Shown here one piece after another: positions 35,708 through 44,950 of a DNA stretch of 64,000 nucleotides. Numbering within the stretch: position 1 is the stretch's first letter; each line of letters opens with the position of its first letter. Both the position numbers and the translations under genes were made by a program. This DNA comes from Planctomycetota bacterium (GTDB taxonomy: Bacteria; Planctomycetota; UBA1135): assembly GCA_008501825.1 (NCBI GenBank), contig QQUA01000002.1:232695-296694 (forward strand), written 5' to 3'. The notes beneath the pieces were generated by a model. It did no database searches. It saw only the letters and a program-made list of their open reading frames with translations, and had not been told where the DNA came from.

Positions 35708-38500
35708 TTAACCGCCTTCCGCCGGATTTCGCGGCGTGGAGAGGATTTCCTCCAACTTGGCTTCCAACTCCTGATTCTGCCGCCGAACCTGCTCCAACAG
35801 CTCCTGCAAATCTCCCCCCTGGGGTTCCTGTTCCTCCAACCGGGCTTGCTGCAAGCGCATGCGCCGGGCTTCGTCCAGCAGTTGGGCCAGCTCGTCCTGG
35901 GGCGGCAGCGCCGCGATCAGGCCTCGAGCCCGCTCCACCATGTCGCGCAATTCCCGCACCCGGGCGTCCGAGGGAAGATCCCGGACCAAGCGGCCGACTT
36001 CTTCCTGCAAGCGCTCGTAGGTGTCGCCCCGTGCCCAGTAGCTGCGACGCAGCACTTCGGCGAATTGCGCCACCACCGCCGCCTGCCGCAGCCGCGGTTG
36101 CGCCAGGCCGAAGCGGCTCAGCGTCGCCGAGGCTTCCAGCGAAAAGGCCCGCTCCTGGACCTCGCCGCCGCCGTCCGGCTTCCAGCGCAAGCGCACCGTC
36201 GCCAGCGAACCGGCCTCTTCCGCCGCCATCTCCAGTTCGTACAGCGCCACGATCTGATGACCGGCACCGACTTCCCCGGCGTCCACCGCGTCGTTGCGGA
36301 AATCCTGATCCGCCAGCGAGCGGTTTTCATAACCAAGCTGGCGCCAGCGCTTCACCGAGGAGCCGAACTCCACTTGCAGCTTCACGTCTCGGGCCACCGT
36401 TTGCAGCGTGCCGGTGAACTGCTCCAAAAACACCCGCTTGGCTTCCTCGAAGTCGTCGACGTAGTGACAACTGCCGTTGCCCTCATTCGCCAACTGCTCC
36501 AAGAACACGTCGTTGTGGTTGCCCATGCCGACGCCGATGCTGGTCAGATCCACTTGCCGTTCCGAGAAGGAACGCACCCGATCCAAAATCCGCTTCTGAT
36601 CGGTCTCGCCGCTGTTGGCCACGCCGTCGGAACAAAGAATCACCCGGTTCACCGTTTGCTCGCGGAAATGCCGTTCCGACATCTCGTAGCCCATGGTCAA
36701 ACCGGCTTCGGCGTTGGTGCTGCCGCCGCTTTTCAACTGCCGGATCGCTTCCCGAATCTTCCAGCGCTCGTAACCGGGAGTTGAATCCAGCACCCGCCGC
36801 GCACTGCTGTTGAAGGTGATGATGCCGACCCGGTCTTGGTCGTCCAACTGATCGACCAGTAGTTCCAAAGAACGCTTCACCAACTCCAAGCGATTGCCGT
36901 CCGCCATCGAACCGGAACTGTCGATCACGAACACCAAACTCAAAGGCTTGCGGTCGGCGCGGGAAACTTCCCGAGCTTTCAAGGCCACCCGCAACATGCG
37001 GACGTCGTCGCGATGGCCGAAAGGACTGGGGAAGGCGTCCAACTGCACCGCGAAGTCTTCTTCCTGCGGTGCCGCCAACTGGTAGTCGAAGTAGTTCAGA
37101 AACTCTTCGGTGCGGACCGCTTCCTTCGGCGGCAAGTGGCCTTGCTGCAGATAGGAACGGGTCAAGGGATAGGAGGCCGTATCGACGTCCAGAGCGAAGG
37201 TGCTGAGGGCGTCTCGCTGGCGGTCGACGAAGGGATGGTCGCCGTAGTAGCGGAAAAACATGTCCCGCGGCGCTTCCCGCTCCCGGCACGGCCGAAGGTG
37301 GTGCAGGATGTCCCGGCCGTGATAGCGGCGGCCGTAGCCGTCGACCACCCAGTGATGAGGTAGAAAGGCACCCTGAGCGGCTTCGACGTCGAAATCACCC
37401 CAAAGGTACCGCGCGACCCCGGCTTCATTCTTTCCCTTTCGAGGGTCGAGACCGAAAGTCGACTCGGGCTGCAGGCCGTAGGAATCCACCTTCAGGGCCA
37501 GGGATTCGCCAAACTTCTTCGAATCCGGAGCCTTGCCGGCACCCCGGGCCTTCAAATTTTCGGCCGGAGGCAAGCTCGGTTGCACCTGGTAACCGAGAGC
37601 ACCCTGTTTCACGTCCACCAAAGCCAGGGCGACCGACTCATGATCGACCCGACCCAACTGCTCAGTAGCCTGATTGTGAGGCTGCTGGAGGTGGTAAGCC
37701 CTCCCCAAAGAATCCTGTCCCTGGGCTTGCTCCTGCGCCTGTTTCCACATCGCCCCCAATTCGATCGGGGTTTGGGTCGAAGCATCGGGAGCCCCGTTGA
37801 CGGCAGCCAAGTTGGTTTGAAACAGGTTTTCGACCCTGGCCTTGAGGTCCACCTCAGCCTGAGGCAGACCACCTCCGCCAGCCTCGAAGGCGGGTAAGCC
37901 GGCGAAAGCGGTTTCGTTGCCCAGGGTGGCTTCGCCCTCGGCCAAAACGGTGGAATCGCCAGTATCCCTCGGAACCCCCAAGGCATCGACCGTTTCAGGA
38001 GCCGTCGAATGGAGGATTTTGACCCCGGCAGAGTCCTTCGCCGGCACGCCATCGACCGGCGCCGGATTCTCTCCCAGCATGCTTTCGGACAGCCGCACCT
38101 CGGTGGTCGTCTCCTCGGGATCTGACGGCGCAAACCAGGGTTCCAGTCGGGTGGCCAAGGCGGCGACCACCAACACCGCGGCGGCCGCAGCGGCAAAACG
38201 GCGCAGCCAGGGACCGGCCAGCAAACGGGAAGACGAGGTCGAAGAATGAACTTCGCGCTCGGCCTCCTCCATCACCGCCTGGAACCGCTCGGGAGCCAGC
38301 TTTTCCGTTTCGGGAGCGTCGTTTTGCAGCCATTGCACCGTTTTCTGCAACGGCAGCAGTTGCTGCTGCAGCTTTGGATCCTGTTCCAGGGCTTCGGCGA
38401 ACTCCCGCCGCTCAGGCTCAGCCATTTCCCCCAACAGAAAGTCGACCATCCGGTCTTCGGCCGAAGGCCGATCCGCTTCGGAATTCGATTTGGCATTCAT
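35708..38500 (-). CDS. Anti-sigma-like membrane protein fused to a vWA (YfbK-like) domain and a C-terminal coiled coil
   Basis: N-terminal DFLLGEMAEPERREFAEALEQDPKLQQQL (anti-sigma-type helix). TM segment FAAAAAAVLVVAALA. vWA MIDAS segment LVFVIDSSGSMADGNRL...GSTNAEAGL...ILCSDGVAN. There is a 4-nt ATGA overlap with the sigma gene. Confidence 0.75.
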   Translation of the reverse strand: MNAKSNSEADRPSAEDRMVDFLLGEMAEPERREFAEALEQDPKLQQQLLPLQKTVQWLQNDAPETEKLAPERFQAVMEEAEREVHSSTSSSRLLAGPWLRRFAAAAAAVLVVAALATRLEPWFAPSDPEETTTEVRLSESMLGENPAPVDGVPAKDSAGVKILHSTAPETVDALGVPRDTGDSTVLAEGEATLGNETAFAGLPAFEAGGGGLPQAEVDLKARVENLFQTNLAAVNGAPDASTQTPIELGAMWKQAQEQAQGQDSLGRAYHLQQPHNQATEQLGRVDHESVALALVDVKQGALGYQVQPSLPPAENLKARGAGKAPDSKKFGESLALKVDSYGLQPESTFGLDPRKGKNEAGVARYLWGDFDVEAAQGAFLPHHWVVDGYGRRYHGRDILHHLRPCREREAPRDMFFRYYGDHPFVDRQRDALSTFALDVDTASYPLTRSYLQQGHLPPKEAVRTEEFLNYFDYQLAAPQEEDFAVQLDAFPSPFGHRDDVRMLRVALKAREVSRADRKPLSLVFVIDSSGSMADGNRLELVKRSLELLVDQLDDQDRVGIITFNSSARRVLDSTPGYERWKIREAIRQLKSGGSTNAEAGLTMGYEMSERHFREQTVNRVILCSDGVANSGETDQKRILDRVRSFSERQVDLTSIGVGMGNHNDVFLEQLANEGNGSCHYVDDFEEAKRVFLEQFTGTLQTVARDVKLQVEFGSSVKRWRQLGYENRSLADQDFRNDAVDAGEVGAGHQIVALYELEMAAEEAGSLATVRLRWKPDGGGEVQERAFSLEASATLSRFGLAQPRLRQAAVVAQFAEVLRRSYWARGDTYERLQEEVGRLVRDLPSDARVRELRDMVERARGLIAALPPQDELAQLLDEARRMRLQQARLEEQEPQGGDLQELLEQVRRQNQELEAKLEEILSTPRNPAEGG

Positions 38501-39096
38501 TGGTTTCCCCCCTCAAGACTTTCCAGGCCCATGCCCCGGGCTTGCAGGCGCTCCGACAAGGTTTGAATGCCGCGACGGATCGCCCAAGCCACATAAGAAG
38601 ACTTCAAGCCGGTTTGATCGGCGATCTCCTTGTAAGTAGCTCCCTGCACCATCTTGCGCCGGAGCAGGTCCTGGGTCTTCGGTTCCAAGCGCCGCAGCTC
38701 GGCTTCCAAAAAGCCGTGGAGGTCTTTTTGTTCCGCCACCGCACTGGCTTCCTGCCATGGAGCCGGCCGCGCCGCTTTTTCCCGTCGTTGACGTTCGCGT
38801 ACTTCCATTTTTGCCCTGTCAAAAGCGAGGTTTCGACAAACCCGAAACAGCCAGGGCGCCGCCGACCCGTTGATTTGCACCTGGGCCTTTCGGCGAACCA
38901 GACGCAGGAAGGTTTCCTGCACCAGGTCTTCCGCCGAATTCCGATCGCCACCGGACAAAGCCTCCGCGTAACGCAACAGCGCCGCCTCGTGGCGGCGCAG
39001 GAGCGTCTCGAAAGCAGCCATTTCCCCGCTTCGGTAACGATCGAGGAGCTGGCCGTCCGCTGAGCTGGAATCTTGGCTCCCGGCCATGGGTTTCAT
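38497..39096 (-). CDS. ECF sigma factor
   Basis: AEDLVQETFLRLV (region 2) and QDLLRRKMVQGATYKEIADQTGLKSSYVAWAIRRGIQTL (region 4 HTH). The track start is TTG 39099, and an ATG follows at 39096. Confidence 0.85.
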   Translation of the reverse strand: MKPMAGSQDSSSADGQLLDRYRSGEMAAFETLLRRHEAALLRYAEALSGGDRNSAEDLVQETFLRLVRRKAQVQINGSAAPWLFRVCRNLAFDRAKMEVRERQRREKAARPAPWQEASAVAEQKDLHGFLEAELRRLEPKTQDLLRRKMVQGATYKEIADQTGLKSSYVAWAIRRGIQTLSERLQARGMGLESLEGGNQ

Positions 39097-39145
39097 CAAG
39101 TCAACGACGAGGCAGGAGCTTGCACGAGGCGGCTTTTTGGAAAAA

Positions 39146-39973
39146 TTAAGAGTCTCCGGGCAAAGGCCGCACCCAGATGTTGCGGAACCGGACCGGATTG
39201 CCGTGGTCCTGCAACTGAATCGGTCCCTTGGCCTTGTGGGGTCGGTATTTCGCTACCGAACGGTGGGCAGTCGCGCCGAGGAATTCGCGGCGGTAGTGAA
39301 CCAGGACGCCGTTGTGCAACAGAGTCAAGACGGCTGGCTTGACCAGCCGCTCTCCCTCAAATCGAGGCGCTTCGAAGAAGATGTCGTAGCTCTGCCAGGC
39401 TCCCGGCGGCCGGCAAACGTTGACCGCCGGCGGGTATTGGCCGTACATCGCCGCGGCTTGGCCATCAGGATAAGTTTGGTTTTTCCAGCAATCCAAAACC
39501 TGGATTTCGTAACGACCCATCAGGAAAACGCCGCTGTTGCCGCGCCCTTGACCTTGACCGACCACTTTTTCCGGAGTGGCCCACTCCACGTGAAGGTGCA
39601 GGTCGCCGAATTCCCGCCGGGTTTGAATGGAGCCGGTGCCGTTGACTTCCATGAAATCGTCTTCCAACCTCCACTGGGCGTCCCCGCGAGCTCCGCTCCA
39701 GCCGCTCAAGTCGCCGCCGTGGAACAACACAACGGCGTCGGCGGGAACTTGGCCCATGGGAAGACGAGGTCCGGGGTCGACCACTTTCGGCTGGGGCCGA
39801 GTACCGTCGTGGACCCGCCACTGGTCGCCGGGCAAAAACGGCGTGTCCTGGTATCCCAAAGCGGGCTTCGGTTGCTGCCCATCCGGGGAAAGGGCCGCGG
39901 CCGGGGAAACTCCGGCCCCAATCAGCAACAGAATCACCGCCAAAAAACGGGAGGAAGGAAGGTTTCGGTTCAT
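39146..39973 (-). CDS. DUF1080 (3-keto-disaccharide hydrolase-like) domain protein, secreted
   Basis: Signal MNRNLPSSRFLAVILLLIGAGVSPAAA. GNSGVFLMGRYEIQVLD and GPIQLQDHGNPVRFRNIWVRPL are hallmark DUF1080 motifs. The antisense 329-aa ORF was rejected. Confidence 0.85.
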   Translation of the reverse strand: MNRNLPSSRFLAVILLLIGAGVSPAAALSPDGQQPKPALGYQDTPFLPGDQWRVHDGTRPQPKVVDPGPRLPMGQVPADAVVLFHGGDLSGWSGARGDAQWRLEDDFMEVNGTGSIQTRREFGDLHLHVEWATPEKVVGQGQGRGNSGVFLMGRYEIQVLDCWKNQTYPDGQAAAMYGQYPPAVNVCRPPGAWQSYDIFFEAPRFEGERLVKPAVLTLLHNGVLVHYRREFLGATAHRSVAKYRPHKAKGPIQLQDHGNPVRFRNIWVRPLPGDS

Positions 39974-40203
39974 GGCTACAGGCGGCGCCGGCCGCTCTTG
40001 GAGCCGGAAAAGCCTCGAAAGGAGGGTTCCGATTCGGGTCCGGTCCACGGGCTCGGCGGATCCAATGGATTGTAAGCCGAGTGAAATCAAGGAAAGGCCT
40101 GAAGAATCGGAGCGCGCGGCCGTAGGCTGCTACCATGGCTCCGCTCATTCCGCGCGGGAGATTTCCAAAGCCGCGGAAGAGGGATTCCCACTAGGAGAAT
40201 GAA

Positions 40204-40341
40204 ATGAAGAAAACCCGTAACTTGTTCGTCTTCCTTCTGCTGGCCTTCAGTGCCGCGCTCATCCCTGCTTGCGGCGGTGATGCCGCCGAAGAAGGCGGAA
40301 ACGAGCCCGCCGCCGAGGAAAACAACGAAGGCGGAAACTGA
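40204..40341 (+). CDS. Small acidic lipoprotein (45 aa), not in the ORF track
   Basis: An AGGAGA sequence lies 5 nt upstream of the ATG. The product is MKKTRNLFVFLLLAFSAALIPAC-GGDAAEEGGNEPAAEENNEGGN, with a lipobox-like IPAC and a ~22-aa acidic, Gly-rich mature peptide. A hairpin follows. Confidence 0.5.
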   Translation: MKKTRNLFVFLLLAFSAALIPACGGDAAEEGGNEPAAEENNEGGN

Positions 40342-40364
40342 GCCAGCTCTTCCTTTTCGAACCC

Positions 40365-40404
40365 GGGAGCGTCCTGAAAATGGAGGCTCCCGTGGTCGTT
40401 TTTC
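40365..40404 (+). terminator. Hairpin after the small lipoprotein ORF
   Basis: GGGAGCGTCC (40365-40374), loop TGAAAAT, GGAGGCTCCC (40382-40391), with one mismatch. GTGGTCGTTTTTC follows. Confidence 0.45.
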
Positions 40405-40455
40405 TATAGCCGTCCCGGGCCGCAAAGGCGGCTTTCCTGGGGATACACTACCGCC

Positions 40456-42816
40456 ATGGCGGTGCGCTCCCTGCTCGGCTTGGTCGGCCTCTTTCTGATA
40501 CTGGCTTTGTTGCTATGGGCGCCTTGGCGGCCGGCCTCTGAAGATCCACGCGCCGAAGACACCCGCCAATCGGAGCAGGCGGTGGCCGAACACCAGGTTG
40601 AAGAAACGGCCCCGGATTCACTTGGCTCGGAAGACCACCCCGAGCTGGATGCCGGCGAAAAACGGGAAGCCTTGGCGGCTCCGCCGGAAACCGAAGTGGA
40701 GGCCGAACCGCTACCCGAGCGGGCCTTGCAGGTTCAGGTGGTGGACCCGGAGGGAAACCCGGAAATCGACATTCCGGTCGTGTTTCAAGTAAGCCATCCG
40801 CAGTTTGCCGGCGGCCGATTTCCTCTATTGGAAGTGAAGACTGAGGGCCCGAAGGGCATCGCCATATTGGATTTGGATCAGGCTCGGGGAGTCAAGGAAC
40901 CGGAGCCGCCTGCTCGTTTGGAGTACAGCCTGGCTTTGGCCTTGCCGTCGGGCAAGGGACCGAGCTTGGTGTTGGAGCCGCCGATCGATTTCGGTGCCTT
41001 GTATCAATTGGTTTTGGATCCGGAATTAAAGAAGTGGGCAGGCCCGTTGAAAGTCCAGGTCGTCGATGCCTCCGGCAACCCGGCCCCTGGAGTTCCGCTG
41101 GAACTTCGGGCGGAAAGGCGCAATGAACCCGGTCAGGGAAATGACATGGCCCGGGCGAAAACGGAGGGACCGGAAGCCATCGCCGAATTGGAAATCAAAG
41201 GCGTCCGCATCATGCAAAGCCTGCCGTTGGCTATGGGTATCGAGATGGATTTATTGGTTCGATCGGAGCTGCCTTTTTCTGAACCTCTGACGCTCATATT
41301 GGACCCGGACAACTTCATGGAGAAGGTCCAAGTCATGGAACTGCCCCCTCACGGCGGCTTGCGGGTGGCGGTGGTAGATTCCAAAGGTAAGCCTTTGACG
41401 AAAGACCAAGGAGCCAGCGTTTATCTTCGTTATCGCCCGCTGGGAAGCCCGGAAACGGTCGGCTTTCAACGTTTCCGCGATGATTGGAGGCCGGTGGAAA
41501 ACGGAGTCGCTTATTTTCCCTACATCGGTCTAAACGTGGAATTGAATATGTGGGCCGGGATCCACGGCATCGGCACACAAAGTGAATCCATTAGCTTTCC
41601 CGGGCCGGTCAGAGCCGGAGAAGTGTTGGAGAAAACCTATTTTCTGGGAGAACCCTGGCCTTATGTGACCGCCCGGCTGTTCGATGTTTCCGGAGAAGCC
41701 TTGGCCGATCAGGAATTTTGGATGGCGATCCGCCATGATTCGATTCAGCCTCGAAACCCGGCTTCCGGGCCGTACCGGCCTAGTTATCGCAAGTACAAGA
41801 CTGACGGAGAGGGCCGCTTTCAAACCCAGGTGGCCGGGCACGTGCGAGACGGTTATCGCCGGTCCATGGAATGTTTGATCTATGAAAAGGGCCGCCGGGA
41901 CGTCCTGCGCTCCTTCGTACGCCATGACCTGAACGTCGAACTCCGCGCCGATTCGGACAACGATTTGGGCGATTTACACCTACAAGCCGTTCCGCTCCTT
42001 GCCGCCGGGCAGGTAGTGAACGAACAAGGCCGCCCGGTCTCCAACGCCCGAGTCGCACTTTGGATTCCATGGGATCGGGGCACTTACCAGAGTTGGCGGC
42101 GGGCGGAAATCGGCCCTTTCAGTACCGATCAAGACGGCCGTTTTGCCATCTATCGGGTGGAATTTCCGAGTACCTTTCGTTTGGAAGCCTGGTCCCACCG
42201 CAACACCGCCACGCTGGATGATCTGCAACCGGGTTTGGACAACCATTTGCTGGTGTTGAAGAAAACCGTACCGCGGGAGAAGGATCCCAATCTCGGTCAT
42301 TTGAAAGGCCACTTTCTGATCGACAAAGGGATTGCCATGGACCACTTGGAATTGCGGATCCGGATACCCAACGTAACTTCCCGCGGCCTGAGCCTGATGG
42401 AAATCGGTCCCCGCTACCACGTCCGGGGCATTCAACCGGGTATCGCCAGCGTCGGCTTGCGCACCCATGGCACTCGTTTCAACTTATTCCAAATTGAAGG
42501 AGTCGAGATTCTCGCCGGCCAAAGTTGCGAAGACCCGCGGCTGCAAGGCGTGGACCTGCGCGGCAAACTGCGTTACTTGCGCTTGCAATTGACCGATGGG
42601 GCTGGGCGCTACGCCGCCAAGGAACACGTCTGGATTTATGATGCCGAAGGCAAAGGCGGCGGTTCCGAGCGAACCTCTCAGGATGGGCGAGTCGCCTTTT
42701 TGGTGCCGACCGATTCCGCCGAATTTTCGATCAACATCCGAGGTTCCAAACCGGCCACGGTTCGCTGGCAGGAGGGTTTTCAAACCGTGATCATGGAACC
42801 GAAAACCGAAGACTAA
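40456..42816 (+). CDS. Single-pass membrane protein with an array of CarboxypepD_reg-like beta-sandwich repeats
   Basis: N-terminal TM LLGLVGLFLILALLLWAPW, then an acidic linker. Recurring V-x-V-V-D-x-x-G-x-P strands: LQVQVVDPEGNPE, LKVQVVDASGNPAPGVPL, LRVAVVDSKGKPL, AAGQVVNEQGRPVSNARV and LRLQLTDGAGRY. Confidence 0.6.
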   Translation: MAVRSLLGLVGLFLILALLLWAPWRPASEDPRAEDTRQSEQAVAEHQVEETAPDSLGSEDHPELDAGEKREALAAPPETEVEAEPLPERALQVQVVDPEGNPEIDIPVVFQVSHPQFAGGRFPLLEVKTEGPKGIAILDLDQARGVKEPEPPARLEYSLALALPSGKGPSLVLEPPIDFGALYQLVLDPELKKWAGPLKVQVVDASGNPAPGVPLELRAERRNEPGQGNDMARAKTEGPEAIAELEIKGVRIMQSLPLAMGIEMDLLVRSELPFSEPLTLILDPDNFMEKVQVMELPPHGGLRVAVVDSKGKPLTKDQGASVYLRYRPLGSPETVGFQRFRDDWRPVENGVAYFPYIGLNVELNMWAGIHGIGTQSESISFPGPVRAGEVLEKTYFLGEPWPYVTARLFDVSGEALADQEFWMAIRHDSIQPRNPASGPYRPSYRKYKTDGEGRFQTQVAGHVRDGYRRSMECLIYEKGRRDVLRSFVRHDLNVELRADSDNDLGDLHLQAVPLLAAGQVVNEQGRPVSNARVALWIPWDRGTYQSWRRAEIGPFSTDQDGRFAIYRVEFPSTFRLEAWSHRNTATLDDLQPGLDNHLLVLKKTVPREKDPNLGHLKGHFLIDKGIAMDHLELRIRIPNVTSRGLSLMEIGPRYHVRGIQPGIASVGLRTHGTRFNLFQIEGVEILAGQSCEDPRLQGVDLRGKLRYLRLQLTDGAGRYAAKEHVWIYDAEGKGGGSERTSQDGRVAFLVPTDSAEFSINIRGSKPATVRWQEGFQTVIMEPKTED

Positions 42817-42854
42817 CTTGCTTCCGGCAAGCCGTCCTTTTAGCTTCCTAAGGT

Positions 42855-43910
42855 ATGGCGGCTCGCGCAAGCTCCCGTACCCGGCGTAGGGCTGGAAAAA
42901 GGCCTTGGTGGCTGAATCTCAGTTATGAAGAATTGTTGCAGGTTCGCATTTGCGATTTGAAATTGGACATTCGCGGCACAGCTCTGGAAGCTCGTGTTGA
43001 ACGGTTAAACGCCGAATTGCACCACCGCGGCCTTTGCTTCCGCCCCTATATTTGGTTGAGCACCGATTGGTTCACGCCCGATCATCTCACGGGGTTCGCG
43101 ATTCCATTTTTTCTCGCCCACCCCCGCTTGGCGCGCTTGGAGTACCAGCAAATGTTTGAGGTGGAAGGAGGAGGCCACGCCGCTTGTATGAAGTTACTGA
43201 GGCATGAAACCGGCCATGCCATCGACCACGCCTTCGGATTGCACCGGCGCAAGCGCTGGCGAGAAGTTTTCGGCAAGGTAAGCCAGCCGTATCGGACCAC
43301 CTATACGCCCAATCCCCGCAGCCGATCGTTCGTCTTGCACTTGGATCATTGGTACAGCCACAGTCATCCCCTGGAAGATTTCGCCGAGACCTTCGCTGTT
43401 TGGCTGCAGCCGCGGGCGCAATGGAGACGCCGTTATCGGGATTGGCCGGCACTGAAAAAACTCCAATTCGTAGATGAATGGATGGCGGAATTGGCCGGGC
43501 AGAAAGCTCCGACTCATACCCGAGAAAAGCCGGATTCTCTATCCAAGCTTCGCTTTACCCTCGCCGAATACTATCAACGACGGAAAACCCTATACCGAAA
43601 CAGCGCATCGGACGAGCACGACCGGCAATTACTGCGGGTCTTTTCCAAAGATCCTGCTTACCGCCGCCGCGAAACCGCGGTTGCTTTCCTAAAGAGGAAC
43701 CGCACAGCATTACGTTCGCGAGTGTCCTTCGTTACCGGCTACCACCGATACGGGGTGGATCAAGCCCTGAACATCATGATCACCCGGTGCCGGGAACTCG
43801 GGTTACGCAAGATGCGAGCCGAAACCGAAAGCCGCATGGCTTCCGCAGTGTTCTTGACCGTCTTGACCACCGATCTCCTGCGCGGCACTCGCCGCCCCTA
43901 CCAACGATGA
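42855..43910 (+). CDS. Putative zinc metallopeptidase (HExxH)
   Basis: LLRHETGHAIDHAFG (HExxH) with a downstream candidate third ligand in HPLEDFAETFAVW. The termini are basic. Its stop overlaps the ATP-grasp start (ATGA). Confidence 0.65.
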   Translation: MAARASSRTRRRAGKRPWWLNLSYEELLQVRICDLKLDIRGTALEARVERLNAELHHRGLCFRPYIWLSTDWFTPDHLTGFAIPFFLAHPRLARLEYQQMFEVEGGGHAACMKLLRHETGHAIDHAFGLHRRKRWREVFGKVSQPYRTTYTPNPRSRSFVLHLDHWYSHSHPLEDFAETFAVWLQPRAQWRRRYRDWPALKKLQFVDEWMAELAGQKAPTHTREKPDSLSKLRFTLAEYYQRRKTLYRNSASDEHDRQLLRVFSKDPAYRRRETAVAFLKRNRTALRSRVSFVTGYHRYGVDQALNIMITRCRELGLRKMRAETESRMASAVFLTVLTTDLLRGTRRPYQR

Positions 43911-44950
43911 AAAAACTCAAGGTTCTGGTACTGATGCATCAAGAGCTGATGCCTCCGGCTACCACGGAAGGCTTGAGCGCCGAAGAAATCCATCCCTGGA
44001 AGATGGAATACGACGTGCTGTGGGCTCTGCAGGAACTCGGCCACGAAACTCTGCCGCTGGGGGTCAAGGATGAATTACTGCCGGTACGGCAAGCAATTGA
44101 AGATTGGAAGCCCCACGTAGCTTTCAATCTCATGACCCATTTTCACGGCGTCGGCGTTTATGACGCCCATTTGGTCTCGTATCTTGAGCTGCTAAAAACT
44201 GCTTATACCGGATGCAATCCACGGGGCATGCTGGTGGCAGGGGATAAAGCTCTTTCCAAACAGATCCTAAACTGGCACCGGATTCAAGTACCCGGACATC
44301 AAGTCTTTCGTCGCGGTGATCGCTTTCGCATCAATGCCAACTTGAAGCGACTGCGATTTCCCTTGATCGTAAAATCGGCGGTCGAACACGCCTCTCAGGG
44401 AATCGCCCAAGCTTCCGTGGTGCAAGACTTTGGAAAGCTGGAAGAACGAGTGGCCTTTATCCACCGGACCATCGGTACCGAAGCCATTGCCGAAGAATTC
44501 ATTGAAGGGCGAGAAATTACCGTCGGCGTGTTGGGCAATCGCCGCTTGCAAGTCTTTCCTCCCTGGGAAATGACGTTCAACAATCTGCCGGAAGGCGCCG
44601 CCAACATCGCCACTTCCAAGGTGAAATGGGACCTCAAATATCAAAAAAAGGTCGGATTGAAGACAGAAATGGCGAAAGGGCTTCCGGAAAATTTGGAGCG
44701 CCGCATTCCCCGCCTGGCTCGACGCATTTATCGTGCCCTTCGCCTCTCCGGCTACGCTCGGATCGATTTCCGCTTGACCAAGGAAGGGCAGTTGTTTGTG
44801 TTGGAGGCGAATCCGAATCCAGATCTCAGTTTCGGCGAAGATTTTGCTGAAGCGGCGGAAAGTCAGGGGCTGGCTTACCCGAAGCTGGTGCAGACTTTGT
44901 TGAATCTGGGGCGACGGTATCAGCCTGCCTGGAAGGAGGCTGGTACCTAA
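43907..44950 (+). CDS. D-alanine--D-alanine-ligase-like ATP-grasp enzyme
   Basis: The start MKKLKVLVLMHQE is in frame within track ORF 43478-44950. The ATP-grasp series is FPLIVKSAVEHASQGI, EEFIEGREITVGVLGN and GYARIDFRLTKEGQLFVLEANPNPDL. Confidence 0.8.
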   Translation: MKKLKVLVLMHQELMPPATTEGLSAEEIHPWKMEYDVLWALQELGHETLPLGVKDELLPVRQAIEDWKPHVAFNLMTHFHGVGVYDAHLVSYLELLKTAYTGCNPRGMLVAGDKALSKQILNWHRIQVPGHQVFRRGDRFRINANLKRLRFPLIVKSAVEHASQGIAQASVVQDFGKLEERVAFIHRTIGTEAIAEEFIEGREITVGVLGNRRLQVFPPWEMTFNNLPEGAANIATSKVKWDLKYQKKVGLKTEMAKGLPENLERRIPRLARRIYRALRLSGYARIDFRLTKEGQLFVLEANPNPDLSFGEDFAEAAESQGLAYPKLVQTLLNLGRRYQPAWKEAGT

